A DNA stretch of 62,990 nt, the filler included, from Platydemus manokwari (lineage: Eukaryota): the NCBI GenBank assembly GCA_037951405.1. It is 6 parts of 6 records of this genome, joined end to end, with 100 filler letters (N's around TTAATTAATTAA, not from the genome) between each part and the next. Parts side by side here need not be neighbours in the genome. Positions count along the whole stretch, not along the records: positions 18,460 to 27,663 come from JBBMOY011283539.1; positions 27,764 to 39,872 come from JBBMOY010297780.1; positions 39,973 to 52,781 come from JBBMOY011960268.1; 3 more parts are not named here. One strand, 5' to 3'. Position numbers and translations under genes: made by a program. Below the pieces are notes generated by a model, which was given only the letters and a program-made list of their open reading frames with translations, was not told where the DNA came from and ran no database searches. How positions within the stretch are numbered: position 1 is the stretch's first letter; every line of letters starts with the position of its first letter. Positions 27,051 through 41,049 of this stretch are shown here, piece after piece.

Positions 27051-27601
27051 AAAATTACTGGGATGAACAATTAAAAAATCCAACATTTTACCCGAAATAA
27101 TCTTTTAGTACAAGTTAAGCCCCGTCTATGTTTATAGGATAGGTACTACCTATTATTTCTAGCTAATCCTTTCTGTATTCATCTTTTTCCTTAATTTTAT
27201 CAAATCCATTTACTATTCATACGCTTCACATAATTACACACATCCACGGCAACAATAACAAATACATGTAAAAAATAAATCGATCAGCCATCAGTTAAAA
27301 TTATTGTTTATAAATTTGTATATATTTGGTTAAGAACATCAATATCGAAAGTGTACGAAGCATGGAAATGCAGATTGACTTTCAAGATTAAGTGAGGATT
27401 TTGGCTCACAATTTTTAGCCTAACCCAAAGGACGCATGATGTATGATAAAAAATATGCGAGATATACAGCTAATAACGCTCTTATCAGAAAACTAGACTA
27501 AGGTGGAACGTTTACTGCATATCAAATTTATCATTTTTGGAATACATCCAAGACTTTACTTTTGAGGTTTCGTTTTCAAACTAGATTTATGTGCATTGGT
27601 T

Positions 27602-27612
27602 AATATTATTAC

Positions 27613-27651
<39 letters not shown>

Positions 27652-27663
27652 TATTATTATTAT
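27602..27663. repeat. (ATT)n microsatellite at the contig end
   Basis: Tandem ATT/ACT units run into the N gap and are a likely cause of the assembly break. Confidence 0.9.
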
Positions 27664-27763
27664 NNNNNNNNNNNNNNNNNNNNNNNNNNNNNNNNNNNNN
27701 NNNNNNNTTAATTAATTAANNNNNNNNNNNNNNNNNNNNNNNNNNNNNNNNNNNNNNNNNNNN
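27664..27763. other. Artificial contig spacer
   Basis: Same spacer structure. Confidence 0.97.
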
Positions 27764-28315
27764 TTGAAAAATATGTTTATATATTAAGGCTGTGTACAAA
27801 TTAAATTTAAAAATTTCTTAAAAATTTCGAACTAAATATAGTAGAAAAAACTTTTTAGAAGAATCGAATCATTTCATTTAATGTTTTGTAATTAACAGTA
27901 CTTGTTGCTGATAATTACAAGAAATGTCAACATAAGTTTCAACAAAATATTTCTTTCATTCAATTCCATTATAATTATTTTACGAGTATGATTTCAGTAT
28001 ATATTCTAATTTTATTTTCATTGTTTTAAAATTTTATGTTATAATTAGATTATATAAACAGATTTTAGTTTTAGAAGGAAAGAATAAAGCTACTAGAAAA
28101 TTCTATGCTCATTGCATTTCATTATTCGGCTTGTAAATGTCTTGATTTTCTAAATTAACGAAGCATTTCTTATGTTTAATAGTGCCATGTGCTGATGACT
28201 AAGAGTTAAGAGAAGACTGTAGGATTTTCAAAAAGTGCTAAAAACAATTAATTTGTGTTACAAATATACAATAAAATATAAATAATACATCAAATGTTCA
28301 TTTTATTTTTACCTG

Positions 28316-28560
28316 GTAATCAATCCATATAGGTTACTACAATTCGGTTTTGGATTTCAAAATAAAAATCAATCATGATATTAACAAGTTTTGTATATTA
28401 ATAAATAATATAGAATCTTCACTTTTATCTTTTCATAAAATGCTCAAAATTTATACAGGTTTGGATTGTTTACAAGGATTATTTGAAGACACCAGTTTTC
28501 ATGTTGTTCCACTGTAAGTAAAAGTAAAAATGTTTAGTATGTCCAATACTGATGAAACTA
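28316..28560 (+). repeat. Dispersed repeat A, copy 1 (similar to 35788-36020)
   Basis: Shares catataggtt..acaattcggttttggat, aatcttcactttta, ttatttgaagacacca and tgttgttcca.tgtaagtaaaagta.aaatgtttag with copy 2, same orientation. Confidence 0.85.
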
Positions 28561-31319
28561 AATTTCTTGATCAAGAGCCTATATTAATAATAACTTGTTT
28601 TCTTATATATGTGGCAGTCAACCATACGATTCTTTGATTTAGCAAAAAACCTTCATAGGAATACCACAATTATATGCTTTCCCACTATGTATCCGTTTTT
28701 TTAATTAGAAATTTATAGATTTTTTAATCGTACAAATTTATTTCTAAATAATTCATTACTAAAATTCATTTTAAATATAAAAAACCAAAAATTAAAAATG
28801 CTTTAACTTGATATAATTCATTAAATTTATGATTTTTGCAATACATTGAACTAATTAAAAATTTTATTTTATTATCCAATTTCTTAACTTTATCTGAATT
28901 GTGTAATGTTTTTAATGTTCATATTATACCAAGTCATATTAATAATATTCATTTCATTGGCGCCTTGATGTTCGGTGGCGCCTGACACCACCAGTGAACA
29001 GAAGGAGTGCATATTAATTTATTTGATATATTCTTTTCCATCAAAATAACTTTTAATCAAAGCACGTTCTAGAGGAAAAATTAAAAATTAAAAATGTATT
29101 GCAATAAAAATAAAACAACGAAATTGATGCTACGTTTACAAATTTGACTGAAAGCTGAGTATAACGAGATCTCAAAGTACTCACTTGGAACAACCATGAT
29201 TATGTCCTTAATATCAATTTTTCTCATCTTATAATAGTGCATTAGAATAAGCAAGAATACATCTTTCTATTATCTAATTGTTAATTTCGGGTTAATATTA
29301 GTACGACTTTACATATGTAATTCAACGACCTCTCAAAAATAATAAAAAGCACTGAAGGATAAAGATAATAATGTTAATAAAGATAAGAATAAAACCATCT
29401 GTAAAATAATTACAGTAAAAGATAACTTTAGACAGTTGATTATCTAATTAAAATCTCCGCACAACTGTAACTGAAATGCTAAAGTTTTGTAAAATAATAT
29501 TTTGAATAATATTTTCAGACGAATATCTTCTACGAATTGTTTTCAGCATGCGAATCAAATTTTAGCTAACAAGGAATAAATCGGTTTGAGACTTTTTAAT
29601 ACACTTGTTTGGTTTTGGATTGAATTAGTTGATCAGTTAGATTATACAGCTTCTATGTTTTAGGTGTGTATTACGTGATATTTTCTCTGATTTTGTAGTA
29701 GGAACTTCTATTACTGTTGTAATTTATTTGTCCTCTGTTTCCTCTGTATTAGTATACTGTGTTGTTTTAGCAGTGGTTTTTAATCCCAGATTTTTTTTTA
29801 TTCTCTGTTAATCAAAATTTTTGGCAATCCTGTGGTTTTATATTTGTGTTTTATAATTAACTATTTGATATTTTATTCGTTCATTTTTATTATTTTAGAT
29901 TCTATTTTACCAAATTTTTAATAGACAATTATAAAGATTATTAAAGCTAATAATTCGAATTTAAATTTTCTTTTTGAAACTATTTCTAAAAATCATTATT
30001 CTAATCTCTGTTTTAAATTATTTTTAATTGACTTTTGTAAATACTAGAAATGTATTGAATGGATAAAAATCCATTGAAATTGAAAAAATTAGAATAGATG
30101 TTGAAATTATAAACCTTATTTACAAAGTAATTGATCAGTTTATGTGATTTAGAAGAAATGAACTATATATTCGGCAAGTCATGGTTTTCTTTCTTTTAGT
30201 TTTAATTGATCATTGAAGGTTGAATGTATGTCAATGGATGTCTCGTAATCTCTCTAATCAAGATCAAATTGATAAAAAATAAACGAGTATATACATAGAT
30301 ACAAAGTTCAAAGTATTAGATAACATCTCAGAAAAGATAGAAATCTTCTTTCAATATTAGTTATCGATTTCCTTAATTCTTTAACCGGTATGATAAGACA
30401 ACCGACATGAAATAAAATTTGATAATAAAATATGAAGCTTGGGAAGAAATTATCAGTTAAATTTTCTCTTGATAATAAAATTTTTGTAACTATATTTTAT
30501 AAAAACGATACATTAACGAAGAGAAACTGCAAAGCTGAGTTTCAGTTCTACAGAAGATGAATTTTTTAATAAAACGATATTCGGTTCATCAAACATTTAA
30601 TTGATGTTGATGCATCTGTCACACTTAATTTTATTCCAAGTTTTTTAAGATAATAATAATATAAAAAGTTTCTATATAAAAAGATAAATCATGTAATTTT
30701 TCGGTTTAAAGGTAATTCCATTGATTAAATTAACCAAAAAAATTATAAATTGGTATAACAATTCATTTAATATGAAATTATATTTTATTGAAAAATGGAA
30801 ACAGATTTTGTAAATAAATCTGAAACAAACATAAATATCATGAAAAAAAATAGACAGTTCAGTCAATAAGGTCTGATATCGTTATATTTATTGCTTATTA
30901 ATAATATATTTTCAAATATTTTATGACTAATGTGCCATTTTTTCAAAATTTAAAGAAGCAATGAGTTTAAAAAATCAAGCTTCAAATATTGATCGAAGCA
31001 TTTCATTATGAGACAAGATTACACTTACAATATATTTATGGATTGCTATGGCTACTATATTACTCTATTGATAGACTATCTATTGGAATTGGCAGTGGTT
31101 CAATCTAACAATGTCCTTGCATTTATATTTTTAATAATTTAATTTTTTGAATTTTACAAACATTAAAGTTATTTTAAAATATTAAAATCTGAAAAAAATG
31201 TGAAATATTTTCAATTTTGAATAATTTAAACTATTTTTTAATATAAGATATTCGTTTTCATCAAACAAACGATGATAAATATAACTTATTGACATTAATA
31301 ATAATAAACACCTATAAGA

Positions 31320-31601
31320 TTAATGATTATAACTGTTAAAATTATAATAAACACACATACTCATTTCATCTGTCCAATGACTCACAGTTTTAGAGAAAAT
31401 CATCAACTTGGTGCGAGTACATTTTCTCCATAGACCGGAAGAACTCTCCATTATTTCGGTACCATTAACATGATTTCGACGTTCATGGGTTGTTAACCAG
31501 TAATCCGTTGATATGGAACTCAACAAAAGCACAAGACCAACACCGGAACTAATAGAAGTACAAGCATTCAGAAAGCGCTTCTTTCCAAACTCGAGTCCCA
31601 T
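31320..31601 (-). CDS. First coding exon of a voltage-gated calcium channel gamma subunit / TARP-like (PMP22-claudin superfamily) protein
   Basis: MGLEFGKKRFLNACTSISSGVGLVLLLSSISTDYWLTTHE...SSSGLWRKC shows TM1 plus the TDYWL and SGLWR.C CACNG/stargazin signatures. The exon probably ends at a donor near 31333 rather than the stop; downstream exons were not resolved. Confidence 0.8.
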   Translation of the reverse strand: MGLEFGKKRFLNACTSISSGVGLVLLLSSISTDYWLTTHERRNHVNGTEIMESSSGLWRKCTRTKLMIFSKTVSHWTDEMSMCVYYNFNSYNH

Positions 31602-34600
31602 CGAATAATAGCAGCTCTTTATCATACACTTTTATACATTGCACTGTAATCTCCAGAGATGTACATCAATTATGATTGTGATCTAAAGTAACCAATCAGT
31701 GACGAATATTTATCGTGAACTCAAATAGTTGAATCATTTTTTGTTCTGTGATTAATTCTATATCTTATTCACATTCAACAATATAAAATGTAATAATGAT
31801 AATTGAAATCAATATCCAATTTGAAGTTCGAATATTTTGAAATATTAACTGCGTATTAATTAATTTGTTTCGTTAATTAACATGCACATTTACTCGGTAA
31901 TATTTCCTTGAGCTAATTTGATTTTTATCTTTCGATATGTGGTAATTAGAATCATCGTAAAATATTTGTATTGGAAAATGCAAAATCAATTTTAATCGGA
32001 TAACAGGAAACCAAAATTCATTGAACAATAATGATATCTTTTTATAGTTAAACACGAAATAATTCCTATATATTTATCGATATATGTTTGGGACCTATTA
32101 ATTCGATTATTTTATTAATGAGATTTTTCATATTTATATTCATTTGCAATTCTTAAGACATAATTGACACGCAAAGAAGAGAGGTTCACGAAATAAAAAA
32201 GCACTTCCTTTTCTAAAGTGTATTGAGGGAAAATAATATGAAAGAATTTATTAATAAAATTATATAAAGTTTTTAAACTATTTAGCTGCTACTTTTGCTA
32301 GAAGATAAATAGGGAGTTTAATAAAGATTAATAAAAATAATTTTAAAAAACATTACACGAATTTTAACTGTGACTCCAACAACCGTTTAAAATTCAACAA
32401 AGTTATAAATAACAGATAATAAATGATACGATTTACCGAATTAAAAAATTTGACAATCTATTATGAAGAGTTTAATATTTTGAAGGAATCGTTGTTGTTA
32501 AACTCTGATAGCGTATATAGGTATATTTTGATTTTGTTTTGTCTAGATCCGTAAACAAAAATATAATTGCTTTCATAGGCTACCTGAACTGAAAGTAAAA
32601 TTTAGAGTTAAGTAATACAGAACCAATCATGTTTTCGAGTTTAATAATGATAATATTATAAAACTAAGCTTGTTTTATGTTAGGTAGATAATAAATCAAT
32701 TAAAAGGGTCACATAAACCAAAAAAGAACCCTAAAAAAGGTCGATACACAGACGTGCCATCAACCAATCAGATTCGTTCTAATATTTATCCATAATTAGA
32801 AGCTAAGAATCAACAAGTTCAAATATCCACCAATGACATGAGAGATGCGAGTGAAATTTCAAGGAGATCGATCCACGAACGAATTCAGCAAATGGAAAGC
32901 AAAGATTCGTGACATCAAGCAGAGGTTGAGTTCCATAAATATCTGCCAGTCTTTTTGGTCGGTAAATCTAGTGTTAAGCTTATCTTTGTGTGATTTTCAG
33001 TAATCAGTCTTGTTGATTATTTGCCATTATGTTTTTGACTTTCGTGCGCTGATCCCGTCCTAAGTGATTTGCTATAGGGAGTGTAAAATGATTTACTCTA
33101 GTTAATGAGGTTTTGATTGTGATATTTGGGTTAATTGATTTCCAGAATTAAATTGTTGATTAATATGCCCAATATTTAAATGAACTTATGTTCCTAATTC
33201 AATGAGGTGATTGATTTAATTGAAATCAATAATTTTTTATCGATAATCTATGTATTTATTATGACTTAAATAAGGAGTAGATAACTGATGTTTTCAACAA
33301 GAATCTGACAACTAACAGATAATGAAGTGCGGTTAATCAGTCAAACAATGACGATACATGATATTATAATTATAAGTAAGAAGTGTTGTGACCTGAGAAT
33401 AATTTCAATTAAAAAATCCAAAGAGAAAACCAACTTTACTAGTTAGTCTTTTAAAAAATTTTAACTAATATCCTGCCGTAGAATGATATTAATTAAACGA
33501 AACGAAAATGTAAATAATTTACCATGTTTTATGAAATCCAATAATGACATAACTGATTTAAGTACGTAAGAATGAATTCAAAAGTGAACGATTGAATATG
33601 AGTTCGAAAATCTTCTCATAATAAGCATAAATTTGCAGTTATAAGATTATTGATTGAATTTTTTTGTGCAAAAAATGTGTTTCAAGTCATTCATTGTTAT
33701 TATTAATTAAAATTTTCACTGAAATTTATGGGGTTTCCACGGTGATTTAATTTTGAATTTTAAATATGTGGTTTCAAATGATGTTTCCATGTCGATGGGG
33801 ATTATTCATAATGAATAATCATAATGATTAAAATTTTCTTGAATTTATATGTTAATTATTTTTGCCCACAATTATATTTATTTATGTATTAAACCTGTTA
33901 TTATAACTAATACTTATATATAGAGATTATCAGTTAAATAAACTTTCAGATTATTATCAAATGCATGATTTGAAAAAATTGTTGAAATAAGTTTGTATTG
34001 ATATTGAGTTCAAATATTCCTACTAAATCTGATAGATAACATAATTTAATAACCCGATTTAATAGTCCGATAGTTAACAGATAGACCGATGTCGTATTTC
34101 TTTCTATTACATTACCTTAAGTCTATTGTTATCTAATTCATTCAAATAGAATTCGAACCTATTTAACTAAATGTTAACACTTACCACTTGACACCAAGAA
34201 CTGTTTTGAGTAAATTCTGAGGTAATTTTAACAAACAAATTAATTGTGAAAATTTTCCTGTAAGAATATGAGATAGATTCGAAGACGGATTTCAATCTTA
34301 ATATTTCAGGTATTTCTCTTTTCAAATAAATCGACTTTGAGAATTTAAGTAATAAAATTTTTTTCATTCATGTTTTGCCAAGTAATTTATCATTATTGAA
34401 AGATTTATTTTTGTAGAAAAATGGAAAACCGATTTACACATCAGTAAATTCGAATGAATTCTAAAATACCGATCAAGTTCCCTACAACGATAACTGTGAT
34501 AAAGATTAGTAAATATTAATATTTATTAATTCAAAAGATTGTACAAATATATAGTATTTAAACAAATACATATATACATATATTACAATAACAATAACTT

Positions 34601-35787
34601 CGAAAGCCTTAAATAAAAAGGCCGTCTAGTTATTTGCAAAAACTTAATTAAAATTATTATTTTAAAATTCATCAACAAATTCTTGAAATCTCACAAGGAT
34701 GGTACTGACATTTGGCTTTTAGGATTTAATAAAACGAATTAATAAAGGCGCCAATCATTTCCAAAACCTTATGAAATATACAGTTGATTAGTTTGGTTAT
34801 ATGACATTCACCGGTGACGAAAAAATCTAGAGTTATTGATTTGAGAGAGATATTTGAAAATCATTAGAACGAGTTAATTTAGAAGATTGTTGAATCATTT
34901 TTATATATTATTTTATTATATTTAGATTGTTCTAACAAAAAAGTTGTTAAAACATTATTTGAGAAAGTGAAGAGGTTTTAAAAAATACAGAATTTCTATT
35001 TACAATCCGATTACTATTAATAAATAAAAATGACTTGGATTTATAATAATGCAAAATTTTAATATAAAATTTTAATTCAAAGTAAAATGACTCTAAAAAT
35101 AATTCTAAATTGGAATTTTTAAACCAGTTGATCAGTCAATGGCATAACCAATTAGTCGAGTGTAACAAAGATAAGTTGTGATTCCACTTTATCTAATTCA
35201 GTAATGATTGAAAACCAAATCTGAGAAGAATGTAATAACTTGAAATTTTTTAATTATAATTACATCATCTGAACTTTTAATTTCAAAACGATGTCAAAAA
35301 AAAATTAATTTAAACCTTTGGCCAAACAGTATTTTCCGATTATTATTTTAAGCAACCAAACTTCGATAAATAAATGAAATCAAAAGAAATTATAGGCTTT
35401 TCCAATCGGCATTGCAGATGATTTCATTCATTTCGTTTCTGTTAATGCTGTTCATTGTTTGAATATTTTATTTTTAGTAAATGATTAAAAAGCTAGATCT
35501 GATCTAATCGAAATTAGAACACGCTACGACATTTTCGGCTTTTACCAAAGAAAAAATATCTTTATTCAGGCTTAATTTATATGAATATTTAAAATTCAAT
35601 TCTTAAGTAAATCCCAAAGTAATGTTTGAAACAAATGTCAGTTTCTTTTTGAAATTTCAACACAAAAAATCGATTTCCCAAATTGTTGTAGCACGTGGAC
35701 TTGCAACAAGCATTATAAACAATTCGCATTACAAATCTACAATAAAATATTAAGTAATACATCAATTGTAGATTTAATTTTTAACTT

Positions 35788-36020
35788 GTAATCAATTCAT
35801 ATAGGTTGTCACAATTCGGTTTTGGATCAAAATCAATCTTGATATTTAAGAATTTTGTGCATCAATAAATAATATAAAATCTTCACTTTTATTTTTATAA
35901 AATGTTCAAAATTTATGGAGGGTTGGATTGCATATGGAGGTTATTTGAAGACACCATTTTTGTGTTGTTCCATTGTAAGTAAAAGTATAAATGTTTAGAT
36001 TGTCGAATATTGATAAAATC
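35788..36020 (+). repeat. Dispersed repeat A, copy 2
   Basis: Diverged direct copy of 28316-28560. Confidence 0.85.
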
Positions 36021-37489
36021 TCAAAAGACAGGTAATGTAACATCAATGACAGGGACATCAATCATGTTTTGCAGCCTATTACTTTTTATTTGGTTCATTA
36101 ACGTATTTAACATCGATTACACCGTGGTTACAAAGATGCCAACAAAATTAAAAATGTAATTAATTGAAGGATCGAAAACTTGTTCTTCTTCTTTTGACCT
36201 CATTTATGCGTGTAAAATTCGCAATCTAGAAACTCTTCGAAATTGTGGTTTACACCTTAAAGTAATTATTAATGGCTTGAAATCGAAAAAAGGATACTAG
36301 TGGAAAACCGCGTTTCGGATTAATTTAAATCTTGATTTTAGATGGCCTGATTTCTTATTACTAAGCAACATGTTGATAAGAGAAACCAAAAAGTCAAAAT
36401 CTAGCCATTCATCGATGGCTTTACGAACCGAACTCAGAAGTAGACGTCCAAAGAAAATCGTTCAATTGCTTTATATCACTACAAACGTATGTAAAATTCG
36501 ATAATTTGAAAGTATATGATTAAAATCGAACAAGTCTGAAGTTTTATGAGATAAAAATAACAACCTACGGAAAGAATGAGAAAGACCATAACTTATTTGA
36601 ACAACATAATAAAGTGAAAATATTCACAACGCCATAATTACTTTGATTTTTATGGGAACTCATAAGCTCACTATTCTTTATGCAAACCAATGTTTTGGAA
36701 CTTTCGGAAATTTATTTACAGGAAAATAATACAAACTAAAAATCGATTACTGAGGTCTATCTCAAACAAAATGGAAACTTGGTTTTATAGACATTTAGTT
36801 GGAGTCTCAATCCGGTTCAAACAGGAAATACTTAAACTTTAGTACTTTTCATTTCCTTGATAATAATTTAGATGTAATTAATAATCAATCGCTATTCCAA
36901 TCTCACGCACAGTTTAACGGACGTCCGAAACTTAATGATATCTCATTCATGGTCCTTCAATCAAATTTTGACTTTGATGTTTAAATTCTGAACTCAATTA
37001 TTTTAAATCTTCTTTTGACGTTCAAGCCAACGGAAACGGACGGTACTACATACTACAAGCATTGGCAAAAAATTCACCGACTTGGCGATGTACATTTTGA
37101 ATGTGAATTAAATTATTGGCAACGAAAAAAACAACCCAACCATTATTTGAAATCAATATCGATAATGAGAAATTCCTAATTAATAATAAAGTAAACTAAT
37201 CCTGAATTGACCAAATAAATAAAATAAAGTAAATAAACAGTGTATAAATGTGCTGAATTATCGTAATGGTTACTAATAATTGGATAAGTAACACAAAACA
37301 AAGTTAAATACTGGATGCATCTGAGTTCTAATTTGGGTTGATTCACTTTTATGATAAATTAAATCCTACTCTGTAAAAGAACCATATCATTATCATTGAT
37401 TGTTCTGCATTGGATAAATTATTTTGTCGGCTACGTAAGAGATTTGATTAATTATCATTCAGATCAGGCAAATCATTATTCTCATCTTA

Positions 37490-39872
37490 ATAGCGGCGTT
37501 TATAAATGAACCACACCGTTTGTCATTTAAATATTCTTCATTAGAATCACTTATCTAGCTATTCAGGGCTGTAGTAAAAAATCATTGGCTCAAGATTAGT
37601 TAATAGCCCTCAAATAACGAAGAGAGTCAGAATCCGTTCAATTTTTCTTTGAAAAAATGTTGAATGACATTATAACGTGTAAGACGATGAAAGAAGATCT
37701 GGCAGTTGCAAAAGTGGAGAGAGAGATAAAAATGTAGGACATTATTGAATTACCAAAGATTAAAACGGTAATTAAAAAGCTAAATGAAATGCGCGAGGTA
37801 ATAAATGTGAATTTTGTTACATTTGATGATTGGATAACAAAGCTATAAGCCAATCATAAACCAAATGAGTAGGTAAGGAGAATGGAGACCAGGACTTGCT
37901 ATATTTGTAACAAACCAGATTATATAGCATGAAAGTGTAACACCCCAAAGGTTGTAACGTGTTAAATCTGCCTTGAAAGGGGCCACATGGCCAAAAATTA
38001 CCCGAATATAATCGGATGTAATGGATGTCAATATTGAAGACATCGATGAAAAGAATTTTATATTCATTTGAATGGACTTGGGCATTTAAAGCAGGAATAG
38101 CAAAACGAATCTATGAACAAACGTCAAAGATGTAGGAACTTCTACTACCAAGGATAAAAAATTCAAAAGATGACTTAACGATTTTTTAAAGACGCTTAAA
38201 TACAGGACAAGTCGCAGCAGTACATCAAGAAACCGTCGATTCACAAACACCAAAGATCTAACCTCAGGAGAGTGGTCGAAACAATGCTTTAAGCTATGAT
38301 CCTGATCATGATCAGGATATCATGAAAATATTAGTATTTATAATGTAAGTAAAGCATATAATAATAAGATCATTAATCAAGATAATTCAAATAACATAAA
38401 TAATGTATATTGCAAGGAAAAAAAATAAAAATAATAGAAAGATTAAGAATGACTCCACAGAAATAAATGAAAAAATGCAAGAGAAGATTATTAAGTTTAT
38501 AACTAAGAAGAACTCATGGAATTATGAAGAAGGCAAAGAAGGAAAAGAAACGACAACATAAAGATTTTGTAAGATAAAATGCAAGAAAGACCAAGCACAC
38601 TTATAAGATTTCAAAATAGAGTTTGAATATTTACTAGATACAGGAGCAAGAATAAACATTATTAACAAAAGGATATTGAAATTACTGGAACATATCAAAA
38701 TAGAATGCACTGACGAAAGTTTGCGATGCGCAAATGATAATAAAGTGGAAGTAATTGTCAAAGTAACATTGAAAGTTGCAGCAGAAATGTAAGCAAACGA
38801 TGTATTATGCCACGACAAATCATAACCGGTATTGAGTTTCAAAGGATATTTGGAATAAAGCTATATTGGAATAAGAATTTTTTTAAATAAAGATATGTAA
38901 GAAGAAAAAGACACACAATTCCATTTGTGAGATAAAAGCTAAAGGAATACTACTAATGAAGACAGATTTAACAAAAACTTAAGAATGCCTGATATTAAAG
39001 AAGGTTATCGATTATATGAGATAATTAGTGATAACAAGAATGTATTTATGGCAGATCATGGGATATAGGCTATACAAAATTAGTGAAACACAAAATTGTA
39101 ACGAATATCAATCTAATAAAAATCAAACCATATAGACAACCGGTGAATTTAGAAGAAAAAGTAAATGAAACTACTAAGAATTTGTGACAAAATAACATCA
39201 AGAGAGAGTGCAATTTACCTTGGAATACTCCACCTGTTTGTATTTGGAAGAAAGAAAGAAAAGATATTAAATTATGCCTTGCTTTCAGACAGTTAAATTT
39301 ATTAACAGAAAGACAAGCATTTCCAATGCCGAACGTCAAAGGTTCTAAGTACTTCACATCTATAGACTTAGGTAATGCATATTAACAAGTAGAGTTAAAA
39401 AAGGAATCTCTAGAAAAAACATCATTTTCAACAAACAATTGTCACTATTGCTTCACAACCATGCCATTCCGAATAGAAGCCACGTCTGGTATTTTTCAAG
39501 AACTAATAACAAAACTATTGGTAGGTATAAGAAATAAAGGTGCAATGATCCAGCTAGACGATATACTAATATTTTCAAAAACTATAAATGAACATTATAA
39601 AACCTAAGAAAATATTGGAAAGGATAAATCCAGAAAGATATAACATTATAAAAGGAAATCAAGTTTCTTGGACACATAATAAATGAAAGTATCAAAACTG
39701 ATCAGAATAAGATTGAAGAAATTAAAAATTTTGAAATACGAAAATGCATAAGAAATTTAAGAAGCTTCTTTGTAGATATAATAAGAGATTTACAGGACTA
39801 CTCAAAAAAATCTAGAGCCTTAGAAGAATTATGTGGGAAGAATAACAATAAATTAATATGGAACGAAACATG
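37490..39872 (+). mobile_element. Decayed Ty3/Gypsy LTR retrotransposon (gag-PR-RT), cut by the spacer
   Basis: PBS-like tagcggcg at ~37491; two degenerate zinc knuckles (CYICNKPDYIA*KC, C*ICLERGHMAKN, ~37895-38000); protease LLDTGA (~38630-38648); RT PYRQP, WNTP, FPMP, YFTSIDLGNAY, MPF and QLDD (~39552). Confidence 0.88.
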
Positions 39873-39972
39873 NNNNNNNNNNNNNNNNNNNNNNNNNNNN
39901 NNNNNNNNNNNNNNNNTTAATTAATTAANNNNNNNNNNNNNNNNNNNNNNNNNNNNNNNNNNNNNNNNNNNN
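39873..39972. other. Artificial contig spacer
   Basis: Same spacer structure. Confidence 0.97.
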
Positions 39973-40379
39973 ATTATCAATCAATATATAAATCAATATA
40001 TAAATAATAATAATATATACAGCGTTGACGATAATACACAAGTACCGTTGTAATTGACCTGTTTCTTTTAACAATGTCATGTCAAATTCAATATTCAAAA
40101 CCATCTATATTAAATATTAGTTTTCATATAGTCAGTAACCTTTTCTATTTATCAGGTTTCGAAGTTTGACGTTTGAAACATTATAAATCTTGTACCTACT
40201 GGGTTTAATTTGTAATTGATGAAACCATTTCAAAAATAGTTTTATGAAATTTTTTCGAATAACAAGAAAAAATCTAATCACAAACTTGACGAGTAAAAAA
40301 AGATATGAAAAATACTGCAACATATCGAAATAGAATGTACGGAGAAAGTTTGTGTTTGTGTAACGCATGTCACAACAAA

Positions 40380-40668
40380 TCGTAAACAGAATCGTATTTC
40401 AAAGGATAATAAGAATAAAGGTGCAATGGAATAATGTTGTTTTAAGTGATGAAATGGAAAAAGAAAAACAACACAATTTCATTTGTGAATTTGAAAAGAA
40501 TACTGCGGATAAAGACATATTTAAGTAAACATAAGAATATCAGAGACTGAATAAAAGTTATATGAGATTATTAGAAACATCAAAAAATAATGGCAGATCA
40601 CTTGGATAATTGCTATACAAAATTAGTGAAATACAAAATTGTAACCAAAGGCAATCCAATAAACATAC
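40380..40668 (+). mobile_element. Gypsy PR-RT linker fragment
   Basis: Homologous to ~38840-39125 (acacaatt.catttgtga; atggcagatca; gctatacaaaattagtgaaa.acaaaattgtaac). Confidence 0.7.
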
Positions 40669-41049
40669 GGTGTCCATAACAACATTATTTTACGATCTTG
40701 ACTTTTGGTTTCGTTTCAAGATAAAATTTTTGTTATGATTATTACATGTATTTGATTAATTTTCGAAATATTAATGGTTCTTGGAATTAGTATGAAGAAT
40801 TTTAACATTTTTTCAATAATTTAAACCTTCTTCACACATCGCTTGGGATTTTATTCGATTTACAAGTCATTATATTAAAGTAAAATAAATTTAATTATAA
40901 TATAATAATAAACCCGAATTGATTCTATAAAACTTTGATGTATTTAAAAAATCCAAAAACTACAACTTTTGTTATTGTTTAATTTTTTCTGACTGTTCTA
41001 ACTTTGAATTACATTTGATAAATCTTTTAAAAGTTAGCCTCCTGGTATA

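Noticed and set aside
28191-28240. CTGATGA as a hammerhead ribozyme core (also at ~28549)
   Set aside because: No properly placed stem II plus GAAA and no flanking helices.
32844-33003. 52-aa ORF in a GC-richer patch with an upstream CCAAT
   Set aside because: No family recognised; could be LTR or repeat sequence; unsupported.
37638-39357. Minus-strand ORFs in the track over 37.6-39.4 kb (and similar ones at 24247-26234, 42405-42808, 60594-61288)
   Set aside because: They are antisense shadows of retroelement coding sequence.
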